A stretch of DNA of 38,978 nt, from assembly GCA_035269125.1 (NCBI GenBank), contig DATFJQ010000242.1, positions 1 through 38,978 of the forward strand, read 5' to 3'. This stretch comes from Roseovarius sp. (GTDB lineage Bacteria; Pseudomonadota; Alphaproteobacteria; Rhodobacterales; Rhodobacteraceae). Position numbers and translations under genes: made by a program. The notes under the pieces were generated by a model that was given only the letters and a program-made list of their open reading frames with translations, did no database searches and was not told where the DNA came from. Position 1 is the first letter of the stretch. Every line of letters starts with the position of its first letter. Positions 6,764 through 16,202 of the stretch are shown here, piece after piece.

Positions 6764-9463
6764 TTACAGGGTTTCGCCCAGAGGGCTGGAGACCACCGAT
6801 ACAGGCAAGGTGACGCGGAAAGCGCCCCCCGATTGGCCGGGGAGATAGGTGACATCACCACCAAGCCGCGCCATGATTTCCCGGCAGATCGCCAGCCCAA
6901 GCCCGGCACCACCCGCCTTTGTATCCCCGATGCGGGCAAATTTTTCAAAAATCACTGCCTGCTGGTCGGTCGCGATGCCCGAGCCATTATCAACAAAATC
7001 TATCTTCAGTTCAGACCCGTCCTGTTTTGAGGAAATGGACAAGCTGGGCTTTTCCGCATCGCAATATTTCCGCGCATTGGCGATGAGGTTGATAAACACC
7101 TGCGCCAACCTGTCCAGATCGGTTGTTAAAACCACATCTTCCTTGTCGCGGTTCCGCCTGATTTCAAGGCTGTCCACTTCGCCCCCCGCAGCGGCGGCAA
7201 TCGTGCGATCCAAAAGATCGGACAAGCGGCCAGTTTGCGTGTTCAGGACAACCTGACCATTTTCCAACACGCTGAGATCCAGCAAATCATCCAAAAGGCG
7301 TGTCAGACGCACCGCCTCGTCATGAATGATCGTGGAATATTTGGCCTGCTCTTCGGGGCTCAGCCCGCCGGTGTCGCGCAAAATCTCGGAAAACGCGCGG
7401 ATCGAGGTCATCGGAGTGCGCAATTCGTGGCTGATCTGGCTGAGGAACGAATCCTTTTGCACCGACAACTGGGTCAGCTTCTGGTTGGCGGCCCGCAATT
7501 GGCGCGCGGTGCGGGCCTGTTCCTGTGTCTTGGCTTCCAGCCTGCTGGAATACTCCATGATCTGTGCCGTCTCATCCGCCACCGCCAGCAAATCCTCGAC
7601 CGACACGGTCGCGCCCCCCACGATCTGCGAAATCATCGCATGCGCCGTGGCGGTGCCGACCGAGCCTGACAATTCACGTTCCAGTTCAAGCAGGAAATCC
7701 GGTGTCGGCTCGGGCAGATAGCCCGCCAACCCTTGCCGCCGGGCCGCGCCGGAAAACAGCGCCTGCGCCTGCCGCGAACCGATGATGCGCTGCGACATGA
7801 TCATCAGGTCTTCGCTGCGCGCCAAATCCCCTGACCAGCCCGTCGCGGTGCTGGAATGGCGAAAGACATTGACGAACTGCGCGCCCTGCAAACGTTCGAC
7901 CGGGCGCGGGAAGGTCAGAAGGGACACACCGATGAACACAGCTGTGTTCAACAGCATGCTCCACATTACCGCATGCACAAGCGGGTCCATGCCGTCCGCC
8001 CCGAACAGAGCATGCGGGCGCAACCAGCTTAGGCCAAAAAGACCATGATCAAAGATGTGTTGCGGTAATATAGACGAGGTGCCGAAACTGGGCAGGAACA
8101 TGCAATACATCCACACCACAAATCCCACGCCAAGCCCGGAAATCGCACCAGTTCGGTTGGCCGCGCGCCAGAACAACCCACCCATCAGCGCCGGCAGGAA
8201 CTGCGCGACCCCGGCGAATGACACCAGACCGATGGCCGCCAGCGACTCGCCGCCGCCCGACAAGCGGAAATACAGGTAGCCCAGCAACACAATGCCGCCG
8301 ATCGACAGGCGCCGGGCCAACAGCGCCACATGACGCACGTCCCCCGACATCGCCGCCGTGCCGCCCTTGGACCACAGCCATACCGGCATCACCACATGGT
8401 TCGACACCATTGTCGACAGGGCAATCGCCGCGACGATCACCATCGATGTGGCCGATGAAAACCCGCCGATAAAGGACAAGATCGCCAAGCCGTCACGCCC
8501 CTCTTGCAAGGGCAGGGTCAGCACGAAAAGGTCAGGATTCACGCCCGCAGGCATGGTTTGCAGGCCAATCGCCGCGATCGGGACGACGAACAGGCTCATC
8601 AGCATCAGATAGCCGGGAAACGCCCAAGCGGCTGTGCGCAGGTCGTCTTCGTTTTCGTTCTCGACGACCATCACCTGAAACATGCGCGGCAGGCATAAAA
8701 AGGCGGCCGCCGACAGCATCGTCAACCCGATCCATCGCCCGCCCGACACCTCCCAATGCATGATCGGCGAGGCATCAATGCGGGCAATGGTTTCAGAAAT
8801 CCCGCCGGCCAGCCCCCAGACTACAAACACGCCAACGGCCAGAAGCGCGAACAGCTTGACCACGGCTTCAAGCGCAATCGCGATCACCACGCCATGGTGA
8901 CGTTCGTTCGCGTCCAGATTGCGGGTGCCGAACAAGATCGTGAAAAGCGTCAGCCCAAGCGCGACCCACAGCGCGGTTGATTGCTGGTCGGGCAAATCCG
9001 CCGAGGTGGGATCGCTCGCGGCAAAGGTGGCGAACGACAAGGTGACAGATTGAAGTTGAAGCGCGATATAAGGCGTGGTGCCGATCACCGCCAGCAAGGT
9101 CACGCAGACCGCAAGCGTGTTGGACTTGCCGTAGCGCGACGAGATCAGGTCGGCAATCGACGTGACCCGCTGGCTACGGCCAACGCGAACCATCTTTCGC
9201 AACGTCCACCACCAACCGATCATGACAAGAGTCGGCCCAAGGTAGATGGTCACAAACTCAAGCCCTGACCGAGCGGCAAAACCGACCGCCCCGTAAAACG
9301 TCCAAGCGGTGCAGTAGATCGAAAGCGACAGGGTGTAGATGATTGGCGATCTCAGCCACGTGCCGCGCCCGCGCCGTGCCGCATGATCGGCGGCAAAAGC
9401 GACCGCAAACAAAAACGCCACATAGGTCAGACAGACCAGAACAAGGACGTTCAGTGGTGCCAT
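6764..9463 (-). CDS. SLC5(SSS)-STAC-histidine kinase (CrbS/MxtR/PrlS-like, lacking PAS and REC)
   Basis: N-terminal multi-TM SSS domain (YTLSLSIYCTAWTFYGAVG, GGFSSATSMVIV), STAC-like segment (LERELSGSVGTATAHAMI), H-box SHELRTP, N-box QVFINLIANARKY, DNGSG, GAGLGLAI. Confidence 0.92.
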   Translation of the reverse strand: MAPLNVLVLVCLTYVAFLFAVAFAADHAARRGRGTWLRSPIIYTLSLSIYCTAWTFYGAVGFAARSGLEFVTIYLGPTLVMIGWWWTLRKMVRVGRSQRVTSIADLISSRYGKSNTLAVCVTLLAVIGTTPYIALQLQSVTLSFATFAASDPTSADLPDQQSTALWVALGLTLFTILFGTRNLDANERHHGVVIAIALEAVVKLFALLAVGVFVVWGLAGGISETIARIDASPIMHWEVSGGRWIGLTMLSAAAFLCLPRMFQVMVVENENEDDLRTAAWAFPGYLMLMSLFVVPIAAIGLQTMPAGVNPDLFVLTLPLQEGRDGLAILSFIGGFSSATSMVIVAAIALSTMVSNHVVMPVWLWSKGGTAAMSGDVRHVALLARRLSIGGIVLLGYLYFRLSGGGESLAAIGLVSFAGVAQFLPALMGGLFWRAANRTGAISGLGVGFVVWMYCMFLPSFGTSSILPQHIFDHGLFGLSWLRPHALFGADGMDPLVHAVMWSMLLNTAVFIGVSLLTFPRPVERLQGAQFVNVFRHSSTATGWSGDLARSEDLMIMSQRIIGSRQAQALFSGAARRQGLAGYLPEPTPDFLLELERELSGSVGTATAHAMISQIVGGATVSVEDLLAVADETAQIMEYSSRLEAKTQEQARTARQLRAANQKLTQLSVQKDSFLSQISHELRTPMTSIRAFSEILRDTGGLSPEEQAKYSTIIHDEAVRLTRLLDDLLDLSVLENGQVVLNTQTGRLSDLLDRTIAAAAGGEVDSLEIRRNRDKEDVVLTTDLDRLAQVFINLIANARKYCDAEKPSLSISSKQDGSELKIDFVDNGSGIATDQQAVIFEKFARIGDTKAGGAGLGLAICREIMARLGGDVTYLPGQSGGAFRVTLPVSVVSSPLGETL

Positions 9464-9748
9464 TCAAACACCGCTCTTGCTCGGGGTTTTGTCATCTGCG
9501 CCGTGTGTTTCATCCTCGCGCAGCTTCCGCGAGATACCCGCCGAAACCGCGACCAATATTCCCCAGACCAAAAACAGATACAGCATCACACCGGTGGTTG
9601 ACGCCGCTTCTGTCCCGGCTTGGCCCCACAACAAGGGAACACTAAACAAAATAGCCCCCAGAAAGGGCAGGAACCGGGCCGCGTCGGCCATGCGTCGGCG
9701 CCGATAGGTGCGCTGCTCCAAGAACAGCGGTCCGGCCTTGGATTTCAT
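9464..9748 (-). CDS. Small two-TM protein coupled to the receiver and kinase genes
   Basis: 94 aa, two hydrophobic stretches; ATGA overlap with the receiver stop and TGA-ATG abutting the kinase. Confidence 0.8.
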   Translation of the reverse strand: MKSKAGPLFLEQRTYRRRRMADAARFLPFLGAILFSVPLLWGQAGTEAASTTGVMLYLFLVWGILVAVSAGISRKLREDETHGADDKTPSKSGV

Positions 9749-10113
9749 TGCGCGACCATACTTCTGACCGCGTCCAGAACTTCGGCATTGGAAAACGGTT
9801 TGGTCATGTAACGGCTTGCCCCGGCTTTTTCGGCCATTTCGCGGTCCTTGACCTGACCGCGCGCCGTCAACATCAAAACGGGCGTCAGCGCAAACTGTTG
9901 CTCGGATCGGATTTCCTTCAGGATGTCGAACCCGCTTTTGCCGGGCAACATCACATCCAGAATGATCAAATCAGGGGTGCGGTTGCGCACGGCGTCGACG
10001 GCATCATGCCCATTGGAATGCGTTTTCACATCCCAGCCATCGCGCGACAGGATAAAGCTGACCGCCTCGATGATATTGGGCTCGTCTTCAATCAGAAGCA
10101 CTTTCTTATTCAA
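9745..10113 (-). CDS. Single-domain response regulator (receiver only)
   Basis: VLLIEDE, LIILD(53)VMLPGKSG, MLTA, TKPF; 122 aa with no output domain; TTG start after GGAGG. Confidence 0.92.
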   Translation of the reverse strand: MNKKVLLIEDEPNIIEAVSFILSRDGWDVKTHSNGHDAVDAVRNRTPDLIILDVMLPGKSGFDILKEIRSEQQFALTPVLMLTARGQVKDREMAEKAGASRYMTKPFSNAEVLDAVRSMVAQ

Positions 10114-10160
10114 TCAACCGGCCTCCCCTCCGAGTGACACACGACCGTTGTCGCCCTGTA

Positions 10161-10189
10161 TTTATCGTCAAACTGTGGGGGTGTGTCAA
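10161..10189 (-). promoter_or_regulatory. Possible sigma70 promoter for the receiver/kinase operon
   Basis: TTGACA-N17-GATAAA(T) on the minus strand. Confidence 0.4.
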
Positions 10190-10193
10190 AAGA

Positions 10194-11501
10194 TCAAAAT
10201 CCATCCATGATGATGGACGGCTCACGCCGCGCCGGGCAATTGCGCAACGGGCAAATGCGACAGCTTGCGCCGACATCGCGCAAAGGGATCTCGCTGTCGT
10301 CATCGGCATCCGGCAAAAGCAACATATGGCCCCGCATCAGGGCCGGACGCGCGAAAGTGGCCGGGGCCACCTGCTCGGCCACGGCAAGTGCCAGAACGAC
10401 ATTCTGGCCCCGGCCTGATTGACGCAAGCGCACGCGCACCGGCACCTGCGGCTGCCCCAGCACCTGAAACATCGGCCACAGCGCACAAGCCCCGGCATCG
10501 CGCGGCATGGCAAACCCATGCAATGGCTTGCGAAACAGCAACGTGCCCGCGGCATCGCAGGTCAAAAGGCCCACCGCGCCAATCGCATCGGCGGGCAAGG
10601 CGGCCAAACGCCGGAACACCGTTGGCAGATCACAATCAAACGCCATCGAAATTTTTTCGGGGTCCGGGCCGCACTCGGCGACTTTGGCCAGCATCTCGGA
10701 TAACGGCAAACGCCACGCATCCGCCTGATATTGCACCAGCGCATCGCGCGTCAAACGGCGGGCCACATCAGAGTTCATGATGGTGTCTTGATCCAGAACA
10801 GCCTCGATCGCGGCAACATCCTTGGTGCCTTCCAGTTGTGGAAAGTGGAAACCATGATGACCAAGAAAGGCAACCATCTCGTCTTGGGGCGATCTGATTT
10901 CGGCCTCACTGTTAGCCGCGCCTTCAAGATAGCGCACCAGCGCTTCGGCCCCTTGGGCCAGTCGGCTGCTTTCCTCATTGATGTTGCGATGAAAGCGATT
11001 TTGCCATTCAGGCTCCAAGGATTCGGTTTCCACCAAGATTGACGACGTTGACCGAATAGCCGTCACCGTCGAGATCACCTCGTGCAAGGAGGCGGCCAGA
11101 TGCGGATCATGGGCCAAACGGTCAGTCAGTGTTTCTACCGTCCTTTCCAGATCGGTGACGCGGGCATTCAAGGACGACAACAGATGCGCCCAGCCGGGAA
11201 ATCGGCCTGCGAATTCTTCTGTCCGGTCCAATTCTGCCGTGTGGCCGTCGGCCCGTCCGGCAGCTTCGCGCAAGGCTGAAATCAAAGTCGCTTCTGCCCC
11301 CTCGGACAACAGCGTCGGCTCAACGCTCAAGGCGTCCGCGAGCTTAATCAGGGTTTTCCCCCCGATTCTGCGCCGATTATGCTCGATCAGGTTCAAATAT
11401 GACGGCGAAATTCCGACCTGCCTTGCAAGGTCCGATTGTTTCAGGCCGTTGATTACCCGTCGCTCGCGGATACGCGTGCCTATCATCAAGCTTTCAGACA
11501 T
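10194..11501 (-). CDS. XRE-family short-chain fatty acyl-CoA regulator (ScfR; RamB/PccR/PrpR-like)
   Basis: N-terminal HTH LKQSDLARQVGISPSYLNLIEHNRR; C-terminal GACALW and GASCRICPLRNCPARREP Cys cluster. Confidence 0.9.
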   Translation of the reverse strand: MSESLMIGTRIRERRVINGLKQSDLARQVGISPSYLNLIEHNRRRIGGKTLIKLADALSVEPTLLSEGAEATLISALREAAGRADGHTAELDRTEEFAGRFPGWAHLLSSLNARVTDLERTVETLTDRLAHDPHLAASLHEVISTVTAIRSTSSILVETESLEPEWQNRFHRNINEESSRLAQGAEALVRYLEGAANSEAEIRSPQDEMVAFLGHHGFHFPQLEGTKDVAAIEAVLDQDTIMNSDVARRLTRDALVQYQADAWRLPLSEMLAKVAECGPDPEKISMAFDCDLPTVFRRLAALPADAIGAVGLLTCDAAGTLLFRKPLHGFAMPRDAGACALWPMFQVLGQPQVPVRVRLRQSGRGQNVVLALAVAEQVAPATFARPALMRGHMLLLPDADDDSEIPLRDVGASCRICPLRNCPARREPSIIMDGF

Positions 11502-11551
11502 GCCGATTTTCCCTGCATTTCGCGTGACTTCCGTAGTGTTCTATCAACTTT

Positions 11552-11657
11552 TTTACAAACCTTAACAGGGAGCTGTCTAGTTTTTTACAAAAAAAATGTT
11601 TTGCAAAAAGGAGTTGTTGCGAAATTTTCTTACCGCCTGCGATAATGTCTTTGCACA
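11552..11657. promoter_or_regulatory. Array of TTTRCAAA-like ScfR operator boxes in a divergent promoter
   Basis: TTTACAAA 11552-59 and 11584-91, TTTGCAAA 11600-07, GTTGCGAA 11616-23, TTTGCACA 11650-57. Confidence 0.65.
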
Positions 11658-11721
11658 AATGTGCCGTCTGGGGAGGCGCAGAGGAGGCGCGTCCCCAAAC
11701 CAATCAAACGGGAGGATATCA

Positions 11722-13068
11722 ATGTCCAAGAGCAACCTGACTCGTCGTGGTCTGCTGAAAACCAGCGCAGTCGCTGGTGCCGGCGTCGCGCTACCGACGA
11801 TCTTTACCGCCTCGTCAGCGGCCGCCTTTACCAACGAACCCACCGGGTCGACGGTCACACTGGGCTTCAACGTGCCGCAATCCGGCCCCTATGCCGATGA
11901 AGGTGCCGACGAACTGCGCGCTTATGAACTGGCTGTCGAACACCTGAACGGTGGCGGCGATGGTGGCATGATGGGCACGTTCTCGTCGAAAGCGCTGCAA
12001 GGGACCGGCATTCTCGGCAAGAAAGTCGAATTCGTCACAGGCGATACGCAAACCAAATCCGACGCCGCCCGCGCATCGGCCAAATCGATGATCGAAAAAG
12101 ACGGCGCCGTGATGATCACAGGCGGCTCGTCCTCGGGTGTGGCCGTGGCTGTTCAGGCGCTGTGCCAAGAGGCTGGCATCATCTTCATGTCGGGCTTGAC
12201 CCACTCGAATGACACAACGGGTAAAGACAAGCGCGCGAACGGTTTCCGCCACTTCTTCAACTCGTACATGTCGGGCGCTGCTTTGGCGCCGGTGCTTGAA
12301 AAGATGTATGGCGCAGACCGCAAGGCCTATCACCTGACCGCCGATTACAACTGGGGCTACACCACCGAAGAGGCGATCAAATCCTCGACCGAAGCGATGG
12401 GCTGGGAAACCGTGAACACGGTCAAAACCCCGCTGACGCAGACCGACTTCAGCTCGTATATCGCGCCGGTTCTGCAATCCGGTGCCGACGTTCTGGTTCT
12501 GAACCACTATGGCGGCAACATGGTCAACTCGCTGACCAACGCGGTTCAGTTCGGCCTGCGTGACAAGGAAGTGAACGGCAAGAACTTCGAGATCGTCGTT
12601 CCGCTGTATTCGCGCCTGATGGCGAAAGGTGCCGGTGCAAACGTCAAGGGCATCTTTGGCTCGACGAACTGGCACTGGTCGCTGACCGATGAAGGCTCCA
12701 AAGCGTTCGTCAAATCCTTCGGCACCAAATACGGCTTCCCGCCGAGCCAGGCCGCGCACACCTGCTATGTGCAGACGTTGCTGTATGCCGACGCGGTTCA
12801 GCGGGCGGGCTCGTTCGCACCTTGTGCGGTTGTCGAGGCGCTGGAAGGTTTCGAGTTCGACGGTCTGGGCAACGGCCCGACACTGTATCGCGCCGAAGAT
12901 CACCAGTGCTTCAAGGATGTGCTTGTCGTGAAAGGAAAAGAGAACCCCACCTCGGAGTTCGACCTTCTGGAAATCGTCGAAGTCACGCCGGCCGAGCAGG
13001 TCACCTACGCGCCCGACCATCCGCAGTTCGCGGGCGGTGCCTTGGGCAGCTGCAACAACGGCGCATAA
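11722..13068 (+). CDS. Liv/HAAT-family ABC substrate-binding protein, Tat-exported
   Basis: MSKSNLTRRGLLK twin-arginine signal, GGAGG RBS before ATG 11722; type I periplasmic binding motifs (GGSSSGVAVA, ADYNWG). Confidence 0.9.
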   Translation: MSKSNLTRRGLLKTSAVAGAGVALPTIFTASSAAAFTNEPTGSTVTLGFNVPQSGPYADEGADELRAYELAVEHLNGGGDGGMMGTFSSKALQGTGILGKKVEFVTGDTQTKSDAARASAKSMIEKDGAVMITGGSSSGVAVAVQALCQEAGIIFMSGLTHSNDTTGKDKRANGFRHFFNSYMSGAALAPVLEKMYGADRKAYHLTADYNWGYTTEEAIKSSTEAMGWETVNTVKTPLTQTDFSSYIAPVLQSGADVLVLNHYGGNMVNSLTNAVQFGLRDKEVNGKNFEIVVPLYSRLMAKGAGANVKGIFGSTNWHWSLTDEGSKAFVKSFGTKYGFPPSQAAHTCYVQTLLYADAVQRAGSFAPCAVVEALEGFEFDGLGNGPTLYRAEDHQCFKDVLVVKGKENPTSEFDLLEIVEVTPAEQVTYAPDHPQFAGGALGSCNNGA

Positions 13069-13082
13069 GCCAATGTAGCAGT

Positions 13083-13109
13083 GCGGGATGGGCCATGCGC
13101 CCATCCCGC
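13083..13109 (+). other. Intercistronic hairpin after the binding-protein gene
   Basis: GCGGGATGGG-N7-CCCATCCCGC; typical mRNA-stabilising or attenuating stem. Confidence 0.6.
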
Positions 13110-13180
13110 CACTTTGTCACGGCGGCATCACGCCTGTGGCTTCTCCACCATAAAAAATCCGCAAAGGTGGGACCGGACCC

Positions 13181-14212
13181 ATGGACGCAATTATTCTTCA
13201 AATCCTGAACGGCCTGGACAAGGGATCGGCATATGCCTTGATCGCTTTGGGCCTGACGCTGATCTTCGGCACGCTTGGCGTGGTCAACTTTGCCCACGGG
13301 GCACTTTTCATGATCGGGGCTTTCTGCGCTGTTACCCTCAGCCGCATCCTGACTTGGAGCCACACCATCATCGACGAGACCAAAACCGACTTTCTTGGGA
13401 ACCCCTTGAAGGTCGACGTGCCGTATGTCTACGGCCTGTTCGGCCAATCCACAGGTGAGGCCATAATCGACTGGGCTGTGCCGCTGTCGATCCTGTTTTC
13501 GATCCCGATCATGTTGTTCATCGGCTATGCGATGGAACGTGGTCTGATCAAACACTTCTACAAGCGTCCGCATGCCGACCAGATTCTGGTCACCTTTGGT
13601 CTTGCCATCGTCTTGCAGGAAATCATCAAGTATTTCTACGGGGCCAACCCCATCCCCACCCCCGCGCCCGAAGTCTTTACCGGCTCGTTTGATTTCGGCG
13701 CCATGGTCGGGTTTGAGGCCAACCAGATCATCTATCCCTACTGGCGGCTTGTCTATTTCGGGTTTGCGGCGGTGATTATCGGTGCGGTCTTTGCCTTTTT
13801 GCAGTTCACCACATTCGGCATGGTCGTCCGCGCCGGGATGGCCGATCGCGAAACCGTGGGGCTGTTGGGCATCAATATCGACAAGCGCTTTACCATCATG
13901 TTCGGCATCGCCGCTGCCGTGGCCGGTGTGGCCGGGGTGATGTATGCGCCGATCAACTCTCCGAACTATCACATGGGCATGGATTTCCTTGTGCTTAGCT
14001 TCGTGGTGGTTGTGGTTGGCGGCATGGGTAGCTTGCCCGGTGCTGTTTTGGCGGGGTTCCTGCTGGGCGTGCTGGAAAGCTTTGCATCCATGTCAGCCGT
14101 GATCGATCTTCTTCCCGGCATCAACCAGATCATCATCTATCTGGTGGCCATCATAATTTTGCTGACACGTCCCCGTGGCCTGATGGGCCGCAAGGGCGTG
14201 ATGGAGGACTAA
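13181..14212 (+). CDS. LivH-like ABC permease
   Basis: [19 protein letters not shown]; [13 protein letters not shown]. Confidence 0.92.
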   Translation: MDAIILQILNGLDKGSAYALIALGLTLIFGTLGVVNFAHGALFMIGAFCAVTLSRILTWSHTIIDETKTDFLGNPLKVDVPYVYGLFGQSTGEAIIDWAVPLSILFSIPIMLFIGYAMERGLIKHFYKRPHADQILVTFGLAIVLQEIIKYFYGANPIPTPAPEVFTGSFDFGAMVGFEANQIIYPYWRLVYFGFAAVIIGAVFAFLQFTTFGMVVRAGMADRETVGLLGINIDKRFTIMFGIAAAVAGVAGVMYAPINSPNYHMGMDFLVLSFVVVVVGGMGSLPGAVLAGFLLGVLESFASMSAVIDLLPGINQIIIYLVAIIILLTRPRGLMGRKGVMED

Positions 14213-14216
14213 GCCC

Positions 14217-15419
14217 ATGTTGGGACTGGAAAAGAAAGACATCCGGATTCTGCTGATCGTGGCGGTGCTCACACTGTTCGCCCCGTTCATCCTCAATCCG
14301 TTTCCCGCCGGCAGCGGCATGGCTCAATTCAACGCGGGCTATCCTGACCTGATGCAGCGATTTGTGATCTTCGGGATTTTCGCCATCGGATTCAACATCC
14401 TGTTCGGCCTGACCGGATACCTCAGCTTTGGCCACGCGGCCTTTCTGGGGATCGGCAGTTACTCGGCCGTTTGGATGTTCAAGCTGCTCAGCATGAATGT
14501 TCTGCCTGCCATCGCGCTGGCCGTGATCACCTCGGGCCTGTTTGCCTTGCTGATCGGCTATATCTCGTTGCGGCGCTCTGGGATCTACTTCTCGATCCTC
14601 ACGCTGGCGTTTGCGCAGATGACCTATGCCTTGGCCTATTCGGTTCTGACCCCGATCACCGGGGGCGAAACCGGCCTGCAACTGGCGCTGGATGATCCGC
14701 GCGTTCTGGATGGCGCCAGTGCTGGTAGCAACATCCCAGTGCCCGGAATTTTCGGGTTGGAAATGCGCTCGAACGCTCAGCTTGAGATGGGCGATTGGGT
14801 GTTCAACATGTCAGCCGGGTATTATTTCAGCGGCATCATCATGTTGCTGGCCTTCTACCTGTCGATCCGCATTTTCCGGTCGCCCTTTGGGATGATGCTG
14901 CGGGCGATCAAATCGAACCAGCAGCGCCTGAACTACACCGGGTTGAACGCCCGCCCCTACACGCTGGCGGCCTTCGTGATCTCGGGCATGTATGCCGGTC
15001 TGGCCGGTGGCCTGATGGCGGCGATGGACCCGCTGGCCGGGGCAGAGCGGATGTTCTGGACCGCCTCGGGCGAGGTTGTCCTGATGACCATTCTGGGCGG
15101 TGTCGGCACGTTGATCGGTCCTGTTCTGGGCGCCGGTCTGATCAAATACATGGAAAACATCCTGTCCAAGATCAACTCAGACATCCTGCACACCTGGTTT
15201 GCATTCTTGCCTGATGGCCTGGAAGATTTCGTTGTCAGCATGGTTTACCCCTTCATCGGCAAGGGCTGGCATCTGACACTTGGCCTGATGTTCATGGCTG
15301 TGGTGATTTTCCTTCCCGGTGGCTTGGTCGAAGCCGGTCAGCGAATTGCGCGGATCTTCAAGCGCAAAAAGACGGATGACACTTCGAAAAAATCCACTTC
15401 CACCGAACCTGCTGAATAA
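14217..15419 (+). CDS. LivM-like ABC permease
   Basis: [13 protein letters not shown]; YFSILTLAF; TGGETG; [11 protein letters not shown]. Confidence 0.92.
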   Translation: MLGLEKKDIRILLIVAVLTLFAPFILNPFPAGSGMAQFNAGYPDLMQRFVIFGIFAIGFNILFGLTGYLSFGHAAFLGIGSYSAVWMFKLLSMNVLPAIALAVITSGLFALLIGYISLRRSGIYFSILTLAFAQMTYALAYSVLTPITGGETGLQLALDDPRVLDGASAGSNIPVPGIFGLEMRSNAQLEMGDWVFNMSAGYYFSGIIMLLAFYLSIRIFRSPFGMMLRAIKSNQQRLNYTGLNARPYTLAAFVISGMYAGLAGGLMAAMDPLAGAERMFWTASGEVVLMTILGGVGTLIGPVLGAGLIKYMENILSKINSDILHTWFAFLPDGLEDFVVSMVYPFIGKGWHLTLGLMFMAVVIFLPGGLVEAGQRIARIFKRKKTDDTSKKSTSTEPAE

Positions 15420-15431
15420 GGAGAGCCACAA

Positions 15432-16187
15432 ATGGGCATTCTTGAAGTCAAGGACGTAAACAAGCGCTTCGGTGGTCTGCAAGCCTTGGGCGACGTGAAC
15501 CTCAGCGTCGAAGAAAACAGCTGTCACGCCATCATCGGCCCGAATGGCGCTGGCAAGTCGACATTGCTCAACTGTCTTGTGGGCAAGCTGATCCCGGATA
15601 CCGGCAGCGTCATGTTTGACGGTCAGTCGGTGTTGGGGCGCAAACCCTACGAGATCAATCAGATGGGCATTTCCCGCGTGTTCCAGACGCCCGAAATTTT
15701 CGGCGATCTAAGCGTGCTGGAAAACATGATGATTCCGATCTTTGCCCAGCGCGACGGGGCGTTTCGTATGCATGCGGTCGAAGCGACCAGCAACGAGAAA
15801 GAGATTATGGAGCAGGCCGAACACGTGCTGGAAAGCCTGAACATGGCCGACAAGCGCCACATGCATTCCGCCTCGATGAGCCGGGGTGACAAGCGGCGTC
15901 TTGAAATCGGCATGTGCCTTGCGCAAAATCCACGCCTTTTGCTGTTGGACGAGCCCACCGCCGGTATGGCCCGGGCCGACACCAACAACACCATCGACCT
16001 GCTGAAACAGATCAAGGACGAGCGCGACATAACCATCGCCATCATCGAACACGACATGCATGTTGTCTTTAGTCTGGCCGAACGGATCACCGTTTTGGCA
16101 CAAGGGACTCCACTGGTCGAAGACACGCCCGACAAGATCAAGGGCCACCCCAAGGTGCGCGAAGCCTATCTTGGCGAATCCGCGTAA
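15432..16187 (+). CDS. LivG-like ABC ATPase
   Basis: GPNGAGKST; LLLLDEPTAG; IEHDM. Confidence 0.93.
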   Translation: MGILEVKDVNKRFGGLQALGDVNLSVEENSCHAIIGPNGAGKSTLLNCLVGKLIPDTGSVMFDGQSVLGRKPYEINQMGISRVFQTPEIFGDLSVLENMMIPIFAQRDGAFRMHAVEATSNEKEIMEQAEHVLESLNMADKRHMHSASMSRGDKRRLEIGMCLAQNPRLLLLDEPTAGMARADTNNTIDLLKQIKDERDITIAIIEHDMHVVFSLAERITVLAQGTPLVEDTPDKIKGHPKVREAYLGESA

Positions 16188-16202
16188 CAAGGAGAATACG
16201 AG

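Noticed and set aside
11815-13972. 429-aa and 323-aa minus-strand ORFs
   Set aside because: Antisense to strongly codon-biased ABC genes.
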